This document shows, piece by piece, positions 48,471 to 57,273 of a stretch of 64,000 bases of DNA (position 1 is its first letter; every line of letters begins with the position of its first letter). Source of the stretch: an uncultured Chloroflexia bacterium (GTDB taxonomy: Bacteria; Chloroflexota; Limnocylindria; Limnocylindrales; CSP1-4); assembly GCA_963789905.1 (NCBI GenBank), contig CAWBMK010000005.1, positions 14,387 to 78,386 on the forward strand, written 5' to 3'. Under the pieces are notes generated by a model, which saw only the letters and a list, made by a program, of their open reading frames with translations, did no database searches and was not told the origin of the DNA. The translations under genes and the position numbers were made by a program.

Positions 48471-49244
48471 TCAGCTGCGGGTGAAGTGGAGTTGGAACTC
48501 CATGGTCCCGTGGTCCTCGACCGAGAGGACGATGAACGAGCTCGGCTTCTCCATGTCGTAGTCGGCGAAGACGATATCGGTCGAACCGGTGACGGTCACC
48601 GTATCGCCGTCGAGCGTCGCCGTCAGCGGGATCGTCACGCTCTGCGTCTGACCGTGGAGGGTCAGGTCGCCCGTCGCTGTCGCCGTCAGCTGCTGACCGT
48701 CCGCTGGGACTGAGCCGAGCTCGATCGGCGACGTGAGGGTGAAGGTCGCGTCAGGGAACTGCTCTGTCTGGAGGGCCTGGCGACGAAGCTGTCCGTCCCG
48801 CCGGTTGTCGTCGCTCTGCAGGCTCGTGAGGTCGGCCTTGATGTCGACGGCGGTCACCTGTGAGCCGGCCAGGGTCAGAGTTCCGGTCACGTCAGGCGTT
48901 CGCCCAACAGCCTCCTGGCCACCGATCCCCGCCAGCTCCTCTGTGACCCGGTAGCCGACGAACGAGCCCGTCGAGTCCGCGAACGAGCCGATCGATGGGT
49001 CCACCGTCCATGTGCCGTCGAGGCCGGTCGCCGGATTCGACGATGCCGATGGATCCTTCGATGGCGCGGCCGACGCTCCCGCGTCCGACGACGCAGCGGG
49101 CTGCGATGCGACCGGGCTTGCCTGACCAACCGGTGCAGGGCCCGAAGGGCGGAGGAATAGATACCAGAGCCCGGCTGCGGCGGCACCGACCACGGCGACG
49201 ATGGCGATGACGGCGACGAGCCGGGTTGTGGCGGATCGGTCCAT
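48471..49244 (-). CDS. YceI family protein, N-terminally membrane-anchored
   Basis: TM anchor then Ser/Ala-rich linker; YceI-like beta-barrel region (TWTVDPS...VGYRV...TGTLTLAG...HGTMEFQ). Confidence 0.75.
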   Translation of the reverse strand: MDRSATTRLVAVIAIVAVVGAAAAGLWYLFLRPSGPAPVGQASPVASQPAASSDAGASAAPSKDPSASSNPATGLDGTWTVDPSIGSFADSTGSFVGYRVTEELAGIGGQEAVGRTPDVTGTLTLAGSQVTAVDIKADLTSLQSDDNRRDGQLRRQALQTEQFPDATFTLTSPIELGSVPADGQQLTATATGDLTLHGQTQSVTIPLTATLDGDTVTVTGSTDIVFADYDMEKPSSFIVLSVEDHGTMEFQLHFTRS

Positions 49245-49318
49245 TGGGTTGACTCTCCGGTCTGCGGGTCCTGCAGGATAGTTGCTGGCTCAATGATGTG
49301 CAGGCGAACCTGAGACGT

Positions 49319-50698
49319 TCATGAGAGCTGCGGCGGCACGGAGGGCGGCGGCAGTGGGGCCGCTGGCGGTGCGGGCGTGGCCGGCAGGCGGACGCTGAAC
49401 CGGGCACCGCCCTCCTCGCGGTTCGTCACCGCGATCGTGCCGCCATGTCGTTCGACGATCCAGGCGGCGATCGAGAGACCGAGGCCCGTGCCGCCCTCAG
49501 GGGCGTCCGGCGCCTGCCAGAAACGCTCGAAGATGTGGGGGATGTCGTCCGGCCGGACCCCCGGCCCGGCATCCTCGACGACGACGGTCGCGTCCCGCCC
49601 ATCCGCTCGGACCACGATGCGTACCGCCGACCCGGGCGGGCTGTGGCGGATGGCGTTGTCGATGAGGATCAGGTGGAGCTGACGGAGGCGTGTCGGGTCG
49701 CCCGTCGTCACGATCGGATCGAGCTCGAGGACGAGGCCGACGGCATGAGCTTCGGCCGGCCCGGCCAATCCCGCGGCCGCCTCCGCCGCGACCTCCGAGA
49801 GGTCGACCGGGATCGTCTCAAGCTCGACGGCACCGGAGTCCGAACGCGCGAGCAGGAGCAGGTCGTCTACGAGACGGGTCAGGTGGTCGGTCTCGGCCCG
49901 GATGTCGTCGAGAGCCGTACCGACGGAGCCGACAGGCTCGTCTCGATGTCGATCGAGGTGCTCGATCGACGTGCGGACGACGGTCAACGGGGTCCTCAGC
50001 TCATGACTGGCGTCTGCCGCAAACTCGCGCTGGCGACGGAGAGCTACCCTCTGGGCGCTGAGCGAGTCGCGGATCGGCACCAGGGCGCGCCGGGCATAGA
50101 CGGCACCGAAGCTCGACGCCACCAGCACGGCCAGAAGCCCACCGACGACGAGGACCGCGGCCAGGACATCGAGCGTGTGCTGCTCCGCGCTGCGATCGGC
50201 GACGACCTGGATGATGAACGTCCCCGCCTGTGAACGAACATCGTCGCTGAGGATGCGCCAGGGCACGTCCGAGATCGTGGCGGTCCGAACGTCATAACCT
50301 GAGGATCGGGCGGCTCCGACCGAGTCCGAATCGGGCAGTCCGCGGGGCAGCTCGAAACCCGACGGGCCGACCACCCGATCGTCGGGGTCGACGAGGAAGG
50401 CGACAGTGCCCGACGAGCGACCTCCGAACGCGAAGCCCAGGGGAGGTCCGCCCGGACGTTGCAACGATTCCATGATCGCCCGCGCCCGGATCTCGAGCTG
50501 CTCGGTCCCGGCAACGGCGAGCGACCGCGCAACGGCTAGATAGAGGATCGAGCCAAGGACGAGGAGGATGACGAGCGTGACGCCCCCGCTCCACAGGACG
50601 AGGCGTCGGCGAACGGAGCGGACGAGCCGCTGATCGTTCTCGAGGGACGCCAGCTCGACCGGGTCCGCCGCGGCGGTCAGGATCTCGGACTCAGGCAT
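49319..50698 (-). CDS. sensor histidine kinase (two TM, HAMP, HisKA, HATPase)
   Basis: H-box ASHELRTPLTVV; N, G1, G2 boxes (LIDNAIRHS, EDAGPGV, GTGLGLSIA). Confidence 0.85.
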   Translation of the reverse strand: MPESEILTAAADPVELASLENDQRLVRSVRRRLVLWSGGVTLVILLVLGSILYLAVARSLAVAGTEQLEIRARAIMESLQRPGGPPLGFAFGGRSSGTVAFLVDPDDRVVGPSGFELPRGLPDSDSVGAARSSGYDVRTATISDVPWRILSDDVRSQAGTFIIQVVADRSAEQHTLDVLAAVLVVGGLLAVLVASSFGAVYARRALVPIRDSLSAQRVALRRQREFAADASHELRTPLTVVRTSIEHLDRHRDEPVGSVGTALDDIRAETDHLTRLVDDLLLLARSDSGAVELETIPVDLSEVAAEAAAGLAGPAEAHAVGLVLELDPIVTTGDPTRLRQLHLILIDNAIRHSPPGSAVRIVVRADGRDATVVVEDAGPGVRPDDIPHIFERFWQAPDAPEGGTGLGLSIAAWIVERHGGTIAVTNREEGGARFSVRLPATPAPPAAPLPPPSVPPQLS

Positions 50699-51368
50699 CG
50701 CTCAACCGGTAGCCGACGCCACGCACCGTCTCGACCCGAGACCCGGCGGGCCCGAGCTTCGTGCGCAGGTAATGGACGTACGCTTCGACCGCATTGGGAG
50801 TGATCGCAACGCCGAACGGCCAGGCCTGATCGAGGAGCTGGTCGCGGGTCAGGACCTGGCCCGGGTGCCTGAGGAAGCACTCGAGGAGCGAGAACTCGCG
50901 TGGGCTGAGGTCGACGAGGGCGCCGTCCACGGTGACACGCCGGCCGATCTCGTCGAGGGCGATGGGGCCGACCGAGAGGATCGGGGCCGGGCGACGCGGT
51001 CCGTTCGATGCGCGCCTGGCCAGGGCTCGCAGGCGGGCCGAGAGCTCCTCGTACGCGAACGGTTTGACGAGGTAGTCGTCGGCCCCCGAATCGAGGCCGC
51101 GGACTCGGTCGCCGACGGTGTCGCGGGCTGTGAGCATGAGGATCGCGACGTCGACCTTGTCGTTGCGCAGTCGGCGGGCGACCTCGAGACCGGAGATGTC
51201 GGGCAGGCCGATGTCGAGGATGACGGCGTCGAAGCCACCGTTGGCTGACGCCAGCTCGAGGGCGGTCTCCCCGTCCTCGGCCGCATCCACGACGTGGCGA
51301 TCTTCCTCGAGAAGCCGGGTGAGGACGCGCCGCAGCCGGGCGTCGTCCTCAACCAGCAACAGGTGCAT
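50691..51368 (-). CDS. OmpR-family response regulator
   Basis: Receiver LLLVEDD...DAVILDIGLPDISG, winged-helix output RVETVRGVGYRL. Confidence 0.9.
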   Translation of the reverse strand: MHLLLVEDDARLRRVLTRLLEEDRHVVDAAEDGETALELASANGGFDAVILDIGLPDISGLEVARRLRNDKVDVAILMLTARDTVGDRVRGLDSGADDYLVKPFAYEELSARLRALARRASNGPRRPAPILSVGPIALDEIGRRVTVDGALVDLSPREFSLLECFLRHPGQVLTRDQLLDQAWPFGVAITPNAVEAYVHYLRTKLGPAGSRVETVRGVGYRLSDA

Positions 51369-51382
51369 GGGTCAGCCGCCGC

Positions 51383-52030
51383 TCACGGGACGACCGTCAC
51401 GTCCTCGGCGTCGAGCGAGAAGCCGCCGCCCTGGCCGCCGCTCTGACCGCCGCCGGCCCCGACCCGGACGACGACCTTGGAGCCGCTGGTGACAGCCGAA
51501 GCCGTGGTGTCGGTGGCCGTGTGGTAGGCGGTGTCGTTGTCGAGGCTGATCTCGATCGAGTTGCCATCCTCGGTCTTGACGGTGACGCTGTCCGCGTCGA
51601 CCGACTCCACCGTTCCCTCGATGGCGATCCCTCCGCCGGCGCCGAAGAAGCGTCCGCCCTGCGGGCCTTGACCGCCCTGGCCGGGGAAGCCCTGGCCGCC
51701 CTGGCCCGGTACGCCCTGGCCGCCCTGGCCGGGGAAGCCCTGGCCACCGCCGGGAGCATTCGCCCGCAGCTCGTCCAGCGCGGAGGGCGCCGTCGCCCGC
51801 CCGGCTGCGAACGATACGCCGGCGACAGCGACCACAAGCGCGCCCATCAGGGCGACGTTCAGCCAGCGGGTCGCCGGTCGCGAGGCCGGTGACGGAGGAG
51901 CCGGAGACGGTGCGAGGGGAGCTGGAGCCTGAGGTGCGGCCGGTGCCTCGACAGGTGGCGTCCACTGGGGTGCCGCCGGCGTGGCGCCGGGATCCGGTTG
52001 CGGGGTCGTGCCCTGGGATGGGGTCTGCAT
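51383..52030 (-). CDS. membrane-anchored Pro-rich, Gly/Gln-repeat protein with a DUF5666-like C-terminal domain
   Basis: Pro-rich N-terminus, one TM, GGQGFPGQGGQGVPGQGGQGFPGQGGQGPQGG repeat (18-bp DNA tandem), then GTVESVDADSVTVKTEDGNSIEISLDNDTAYH, paralogous to the 55158-55892 protein. Confidence 0.6.
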   Translation of the reverse strand: MQTPSQGTTPQPDPGATPAAPQWTPPVEAPAAPQAPAPLAPSPAPPSPASRPATRWLNVALMGALVVAVAGVSFAAGRATAPSALDELRANAPGGGQGFPGQGGQGVPGQGGQGFPGQGGQGPQGGRFFGAGGGIAIEGTVESVDADSVTVKTEDGNSIEISLDNDTAYHTATDTTASAVTSGSKVVVRVGAGGGQSGGQGGGFSLDAEDVTVVP

Positions 52031-52039
52031 GGTGTCTCC

Positions 52040-53227
52040 TTACTCGTAGCGCAGGGCGGTGATTGGATCGAGGCGGGCCGCCTGACGGGCGGGCCACACG
52101 CCGAAGACGACGCCGACCCCGAGGCTGAAGACGAGGGCGACGACGACCGTCAGCGGGTTGAAGGTGAATTCCCAGCCGGCCACGTTGGCGATGACGGCCG
52201 AGGTCAGGAGTCCTAGAACGGTGCCTATCGCGCCGCCCAGGACCGACAGAGTGAGGGCTTCGATGAGGAACTGGGCAAGGACGTCCCGCTGGCGTGCGCC
52301 GATGGCCTTGCGGATGCCGATCTCGCGGGTCCTCTCGCGGACCGACACGAGCATGATGTTCATGATCCCGATGCCGCCGACGACGAGGGCGATCGAGGCG
52401 ATCCCGCCGAGCAGGATCGTCAGCGTCGCCGAGATCGTGGACACGGCCTCCAGGAGCTGGGCCTGGTCGAAGATCGAGAAGTCGTCATCGTCGCCGGCGC
52501 CGATCTCATGGCGCTCGCGGAGCAGGCCGGTGATGGAGGCCTTGGCGGTCTCGATGTCGGCCGGCGAGGCGGCGGACACCCCGATGGTGCGGACCGAATC
52601 GCCGCCCACGAAGTGGCGGCTGACGACGCCGATCGGCACGGTAACCTGGTCGTCGGGATCCTGGAAGCCAAGGCCGCCCTTGGGCTGGAGGATGCCGACC
52701 AGCTGGAAGGGCAGGCCGCCGACCGTGATCTCGGACCCAATGTCCGTCTCGTCGAGGCCCAGGTCCTCCGCCGTCGAGGCGCCCAGGACCGCCACCCGGA
52801 GGTCGCGTTCGACCGCCAGGTCGGACAGGAAGCTGCCGGCCCAGACCTCGAATGCGCGGACGCTGAGGTAGTCGGCTGTCGTCCCGACGACCGATGTCGT
52901 GGTCGACTCGTCGCCGGCCGTCACGGTCAGCTGCGTCTGGATCTCGGGCGCGACGCCGGCCACCTGGGAGATATCGGCGATCGCATCGGCATCGTCGCGG
53001 CTGAGGCTCGAACCGCCGCTGGCGCTGAAGCCGGGGGTGACCGTCAGGAGGTTCGTACCGAGCGCGTTGAGCTGGCGCTCGATGTTGGCTGTCGTGCCTT
53101 CCGCCACGCCGACCAGGGCGACGATCGCGCCGACGCCGATGATGATCCCGAGCATCGTCAGGGCCGCCCGCAGGCGGGCCGTTCGGAGTCGCGAGAGAGC
53201 CAGTCGGACGAGGTCGAGCGGGCTCAT
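52040..53227 (-). CDS. ABC transporter permease (FtsX/MacB family)
   Basis: N-terminal TM, large periplasmic domain, C-terminal three TM with the FtsX-like pattern (IGIMNIMLVSVRERTREIGIRKAIGA). Confidence 0.8.
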   Translation of the reverse strand: MSPLDLVRLALSRLRTARLRAALTMLGIIIGVGAIVALVGVAEGTTANIERQLNALGTNLLTVTPGFSASGGSSLSRDDADAIADISQVAGVAPEIQTQLTVTAGDESTTTSVVGTTADYLSVRAFEVWAGSFLSDLAVERDLRVAVLGASTAEDLGLDETDIGSEITVGGLPFQLVGILQPKGGLGFQDPDDQVTVPIGVVSRHFVGGDSVRTIGVSAASPADIETAKASITGLLRERHEIGAGDDDDFSIFDQAQLLEAVSTISATLTILLGGIASIALVVGGIGIMNIMLVSVRERTREIGIRKAIGARQRDVLAQFLIEALTLSVLGGAIGTVLGLLTSAVIANVAGWEFTFNPLTVVVALVFSLGVGVVFGVWPARQAARLDPITALRYE

Positions 53228-53895
53228 TGGGCCACGCTCCCGTCCCGGATGTGGACCTGCCGGTCGGCCGCGGTGGCGACGTCCGCGTCGTGGGTAATCA
53301 GCATGATCGTCCGTCCACTGGAGTGGAGATCGCGGAGGACTCCCAGCACCTCGTCGCCGGTGTGGCTGTCGAGGTTGCCCGTCGGTTCGTCGGCCAGGAT
53401 CAGGGCCGGATCGGTCACGATCGCCCGGGCGACCGCGACCCGCTGCTGCTGGCCGCCGGACAGCTCGGATGGCTCGTGGTCGAGTCGATCGGCCAGGCCG
53501 AGGCGCTCAAGAGCGGCTGTCGCCCGTGACAGCCGCTCCTTGCGTGGCACGCCCTGGTAGGCGAGGGGAGTCGCGACGTTCTCGAGGGCGGTCGTCCGGG
53601 GCAGCAGGTTGTAGGTCTGGAAGATGAAGCCGATCGAGCGGCTGCGGAAGCCGGCCAACTGGTCGTCATCCAGTGTGGCCACGTCCGAGCCGGCGAGGCT
53701 GTACGTCCCGGCCGTCGGTCGATCGAGACAGCCGACGATGTTCATGAGTGTCGACTTGCCCGAACCGGACGGGCCCACGATGGCGACGAACTCGCCCTCG
53801 TCGACGGTCAGGCTCAGGTCCTGCAGGGCGTGGACCTGGATGTACCCCATGTCATAGGTTCGATACACGTTGGCGAGGCTGACGATCGGGCTCAT
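53224..53895 (-). CDS. ABC transporter ATP-binding protein (MacB/LolD-type)
   Basis: GPSGSGKSTL, LSGGQQQRVAVARA, ILADEPTGNLD. Confidence 0.9.
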   Translation of the reverse strand: MSPIVSLANVYRTYDMGYIQVHALQDLSLTVDEGEFVAIVGPSGSGKSTLMNIVGCLDRPTAGTYSLAGSDVATLDDDQLAGFRSRSIGFIFQTYNLLPRTTALENVATPLAYQGVPRKERLSRATAALERLGLADRLDHEPSELSGGQQQRVAVARAIVTDPALILADEPTGNLDSHTGDEVLGVLRDLHSSGRTIMLITHDADVATAADRQVHIRDGSVAQ

Positions 53896-53896
53896 G

Positions 53897-55060
53897 TCAG
53901 TCGCCGCCCGGTGGCGGGCCGCCCTGGATGACGCGGCCGCCCCCTCCGCCGCCGAAGCCGCCGAAGCCCCCGCTCTGACCCTGCTGCTGCTCGCTCAGGG
54001 TGCCGGTTACGACCGTCTCACCGTCGTCCAGGCCGCCGGTGATCTCGGCCCGCGACTCGGTGATCAGGCCCACCTCGACTGTGCGGGCCACCGGGACGCC
54101 ATCGGCGCCCATGACCTGGACGGTGTAGCCGTTGAGCCCGCTCTCGAGGGCGGTGGTCGGGACCGACAGGACGTCGCCCGCAGTGGCCGTAACGATCGTG
54201 ATGTCGGCCGACATCCCGTCGCGCAGCCCGCTGGGCGTCTCGGTCAGGACGATGGTGACCGGGTAGGAGACCACGCCCGACTGGCTGGCATCCTCGGCCG
54301 CCAGGCCGACCGATGCAACGGTCCCGGCGATCTCCTGGCCCAGGGCGTCGATCCCGACGGTGGCGTCCTGGCCGACGCCGATGTCGGCGATGTCGCCCTC
54401 TACCACACTGGTGGTGACCTCGAGGACCGTGGAGGCGACGGTGATCGCGTCTCCGCTCGGAGCATCGGAGCCCGGCTCGATCTCGACCGCGGTGACCACC
54501 CCGTCGATCGGGGAGCGGATCTCGGCGCTGGCGATCGTGTCCATCAGCTCAGCCCGCGATCGGCGGGCCTGCTCATACCGGCTCTGGGCCCCGTAGTAGG
54601 TGGATCGGGCGCGTCGGATCTCGTCCGTCGTCCCGTCGTCCTCGGCCGTCTCGAGGGCATCGCGGGCGATCGCGAGGTCGTTGCCGGCCGCGCGCCATTC
54701 GGCCGTGGCGATCGCGAGGTCGAGCTTAAGGTCCGTCGTGTCGGCCCGCGCCAGGACCTGGTCCTTGGTCACCGTCTCCCCGGTCGCGACGGCCACCTCC
54801 GCCACCGGCCAGGTGGTCTGCGATTCGGGTCCGGCCGTGTCGTCCTCGATGAGCCGGGCGGGTGCGCCGAAGGAGAGCCCATAGGTGGCGCTGGTCGCGA
54901 CCGATCCGGTCGCCGCCACTTCGTCGTTGACGTCACCGCGCTCGACGGCCGCGGTCAGGTACGTGGCGTCCGTCGTCTGGCCCCGGGGTGCCAGCACGAA
55001 GGCCAGTGCGCCGATGCCGATGACGATGAGCACGACGGTGGCGGCGATCTTGACCTTCAT
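53897..55060 (-). CDS. efflux transporter periplasmic adaptor (HlyD/MacA family)
   Basis: TM anchor MKVKIAATVVLIVIGIGALAF, coiled-coil middle, beta-barrel C-terminus, Gly-rich tail; the track ORF extends to 55237. Confidence 0.7.
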   Translation of the reverse strand: MKVKIAATVVLIVIGIGALAFVLAPRGQTTDATYLTAAVERGDVNDEVAATGSVATSATYGLSFGAPARLIEDDTAGPESQTTWPVAEVAVATGETVTKDQVLARADTTDLKLDLAIATAEWRAAGNDLAIARDALETAEDDGTTDEIRRARSTYYGAQSRYEQARRSRAELMDTIASAEIRSPIDGVVTAVEIEPGSDAPSGDAITVASTVLEVTTSVVEGDIADIGVGQDATVGIDALGQEIAGTVASVGLAAEDASQSGVVSYPVTIVLTETPSGLRDGMSADITIVTATAGDVLSVPTTALESGLNGYTVQVMGADGVPVARTVEVGLITESRAEITGGLDDGETVVTGTLSEQQQGQSGGFGGFGGGGGGRVIQGGPPPGGD

Positions 55061-55157
55061 GACACTCCAGTTTGGCCTTTGAGCTGAGAACGTGTTGAGA
55101 GTCGGCTGGCGAAGATGAGCGCGCCGACCGTCTGGTCGGCGCGCCCTGGGAAGGGGA

Positions 55158-55892
55158 TTACGACGTAGTGGTGGACGCCGAGGGGCTCGGTGAGGCACCG
55201 GGCGCCACGTCCCAGCCACCCGGGCCGTGGAACCCACGACCGCCGAAACCCGCGGCGACAGCGTCGGCGTCGAGCGAGCCGTCGGATCGGAGCGTCCCGG
55301 ACGCGATCACGATCATGCCGACCGAGATGTCGCCCAGGTTCGCATCGGTCGCGCCTGGCACCCGATATGTCGTATCGCCGTCGGTGTGGACGGTGCTGCT
55401 GGTCCCGTCCATCTGTAGCACGGTGATCGAGGAGTCACTCTTGGCCGTCACGGTGCCAACGACGTGCGGCATGACGACGCGAATCGCGGTGACGGTGTAG
55501 GTGCCGTCGGCGTTCTTCGTCTGGGCAAGACGGATGTCGTCGCCCACCTTGAGATCGGTGACCTTGATCGTGTCGTTGCCTTTCGTGATCGTCGTCGAGC
55601 TCGTGAGGGTGATCGTCCGGGTCCACCCGTCGTCGGTCTTGAGAGAGATGTTGGAACCGTCGATGGCGGTGATCGAGATCGGGCCAGCGACACCGCCACC
55701 ACGGCCGGGTCCGCCTGGCCCGAACCCGAATTCGATGTCGGGCGATGCCGCGGTCGGTGATGCGACGGGGGCCGCCAGGACGGCGACTGCCGAGCCGAGC
55801 AGCGCGAGGGTCGCCCCGATCACGATGGCGATCCGGACCGCTCGGGGACCGCTTCGACGGGGCATGGTGCTGGTGGTTGGGAGTTCCTGCAT
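55158..55892 (-). CDS. secreted DUF5666-like repeat protein
   Basis: Signal/TM RIAIVIGATLALLGSAVAVLAA; repeated units ISITAIDGSNISLKTDDGWTRTITL and GTVTAKSDSSITVLQMDGTSSTVHTDGDTTYR. Confidence 0.6.
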   Translation of the reverse strand: MQELPTTSTMPRRSGPRAVRIAIVIGATLALLGSAVAVLAAPVASPTAASPDIEFGFGPGGPGRGGGVAGPISITAIDGSNISLKTDDGWTRTITLTSSTTITKGNDTIKVTDLKVGDDIRLAQTKNADGTYTVTAIRVVMPHVVGTVTAKSDSSITVLQMDGTSSTVHTDGDTTYRVPGATDANLGDISVGMIVIASGTLRSDGSLDADAVAAGFGGRGFHGPGGWDVAPGASPSPSASTTTS

Positions 55893-56021
55893 CGGCCGAT
55901 GACCTCCTGGGTGGGTAGGGCCGGCGGAGGAGGAGGCCGGCCCTTGTCGACCACTCTGGGGCGGCTCCCTGAGGAGGTCATGAGAGTGCGGACCATGCTA
56001 CATTTCGGTTGCCCTTTGGCC

Positions 56022-56057
56022 GGTCCCGTGAGGCCGGCGTACCGGTCCCGTGAGGCC
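56022..56057 (+). promoter_or_regulatory. tandem PyrR-binding-loop-like motifs in the carA leader
   Basis: GGTCCCGTGAGGCC at 56022-56035 and 56044-56057 resemble the PyrR binding-loop consensus ARUCCNGNGAGGYU; the second copy abuts the GGAAAGGAGG Shine-Dalgarno of carA. Confidence 0.35.
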
Positions 56058-56078
56058 GGAAAGGAGGTCCGATCGCGT

Positions 56079-57266
56079 ATGCCCGCGGCCGTCCGAGGCG
56101 CCATGGGCGCTTTCCCGACCAGTCTCCATCCTCCATTCCCGCTTGATTCGGCCGTCGTCGACCCACGCATCGGCGCCCTGGGTATCGCTCTTCTGGCACT
56201 CGAGGATGGAACGGTGTTCCGCGGGGTGGCATTCGGCGCCCCGACCTCGGCAGGCGGTGACCTCGTCGTCAACACGTCCCAGACCGGCTACCAGGAGGTC
56301 TGCACCGACCCCTCGTACGCCGGCCAGGTCGTGGTCATGACCTACCCCCTCATCGGAAACTACGGGCGCCTGATCGACGACGACCAATCGATGAGGCCGT
56401 GGCTTCGCGGCCTCGTCGTCGCCAACGCGACTGCCGCTGTGGTCGATGATGCCCTACAGCTCTCCTCGCTTCTCCGGACGAGCGGCATCCCGGCCATCGC
56501 AGGCGTCGACACGCGGGCGCTCGCCCGGCACCTCCGCACGACCGGCTGCCAGCGCGCCCTCATCACGATGCCGGGCGCGACCGATCCCGGGGATGCTGTC
56601 GCCGATGCTCGTGAAGTGCCGCGCTGGGAGGATCAGGACTTCGTGGCTGAGGTTTCGCCCACTGCCGTCTCCGAGCACGGTGAGGCGGCAGATGGCGGGC
56701 CGCTGATCGCGATCGTCGACTACGGGCTCAAGACGAACATCGTCCGCTCGATGCGGCGGCGGGGCGCGCGCGTCCGTGTCCTGCCCCACACATCCGGGGC
56801 GTCCGACGTCCTCGCTGACGATGTTGCCGGCATCATCCTGTCGCCCGGGCCCGGCGATCCCGCCCGACTCGCCGGGCCGGTGGCGCTCGCCCGAGCCATC
56901 GTCGAGGACGGCCGTCCGCTGCTCGGCATCTGTCTCGGCCACCAGATCGTCGGCCGGGCGGTCGGCGCGGACACGAAGCGGCTGCGGTTCGGGCATCACG
57001 GGGCAAACCACCCGGTCCGCGACGAGGACAGCGGCGCGGTCGTCATCACTGCCCAGAATCACGAGGTCCAGGTCGTCGCGGACGAGATGCCCGCCGCCTC
57101 GGGTTTCTACGTCAGCCAGCGCAACCTCAACGATCGGTCGGTCGAGGGGTTGCGGCATCGGGAGCTGCCGATCGAGACGGTCCAGTACCACCCCGAAGGT
57201 GCCCCCGGTCCCCTCGACGCTCTCGCGGTGTTCGATCGGTTCGTGGCTGCCTGCGCCGCCCGGTGA
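56079..57266 (+). CDS. carA: carbamoyl-phosphate synthase small (glutaminase) subunit
   Basis: NTSQTGYQEVCTDPSYAGQVVVMTYPLIGNYG, catalytic GICLGHQ and HPE triad; ATG at 56079 with a strong Shine-Dalgarno; the track ORF 55899.. is over-extended. Confidence 0.9.
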   Translation: MPAAVRGAMGAFPTSLHPPFPLDSAVVDPRIGALGIALLALEDGTVFRGVAFGAPTSAGGDLVVNTSQTGYQEVCTDPSYAGQVVVMTYPLIGNYGRLIDDDQSMRPWLRGLVVANATAAVVDDALQLSSLLRTSGIPAIAGVDTRALARHLRTTGCQRALITMPGATDPGDAVADAREVPRWEDQDFVAEVSPTAVSEHGEAADGGPLIAIVDYGLKTNIVRSMRRRGARVRVLPHTSGASDVLADDVAGIILSPGPGDPARLAGPVALARAIVEDGRPLLGICLGHQIVGRAVGADTKRLRFGHHGANHPVRDEDSGAVVITAQNHEVQVVADEMPAASGFYVSQRNLNDRSVEGLRHRELPIETVQYHPEGAPGPLDALAVFDRFVAACAAR

Positions 57267-57273
57267 GGTCCGT

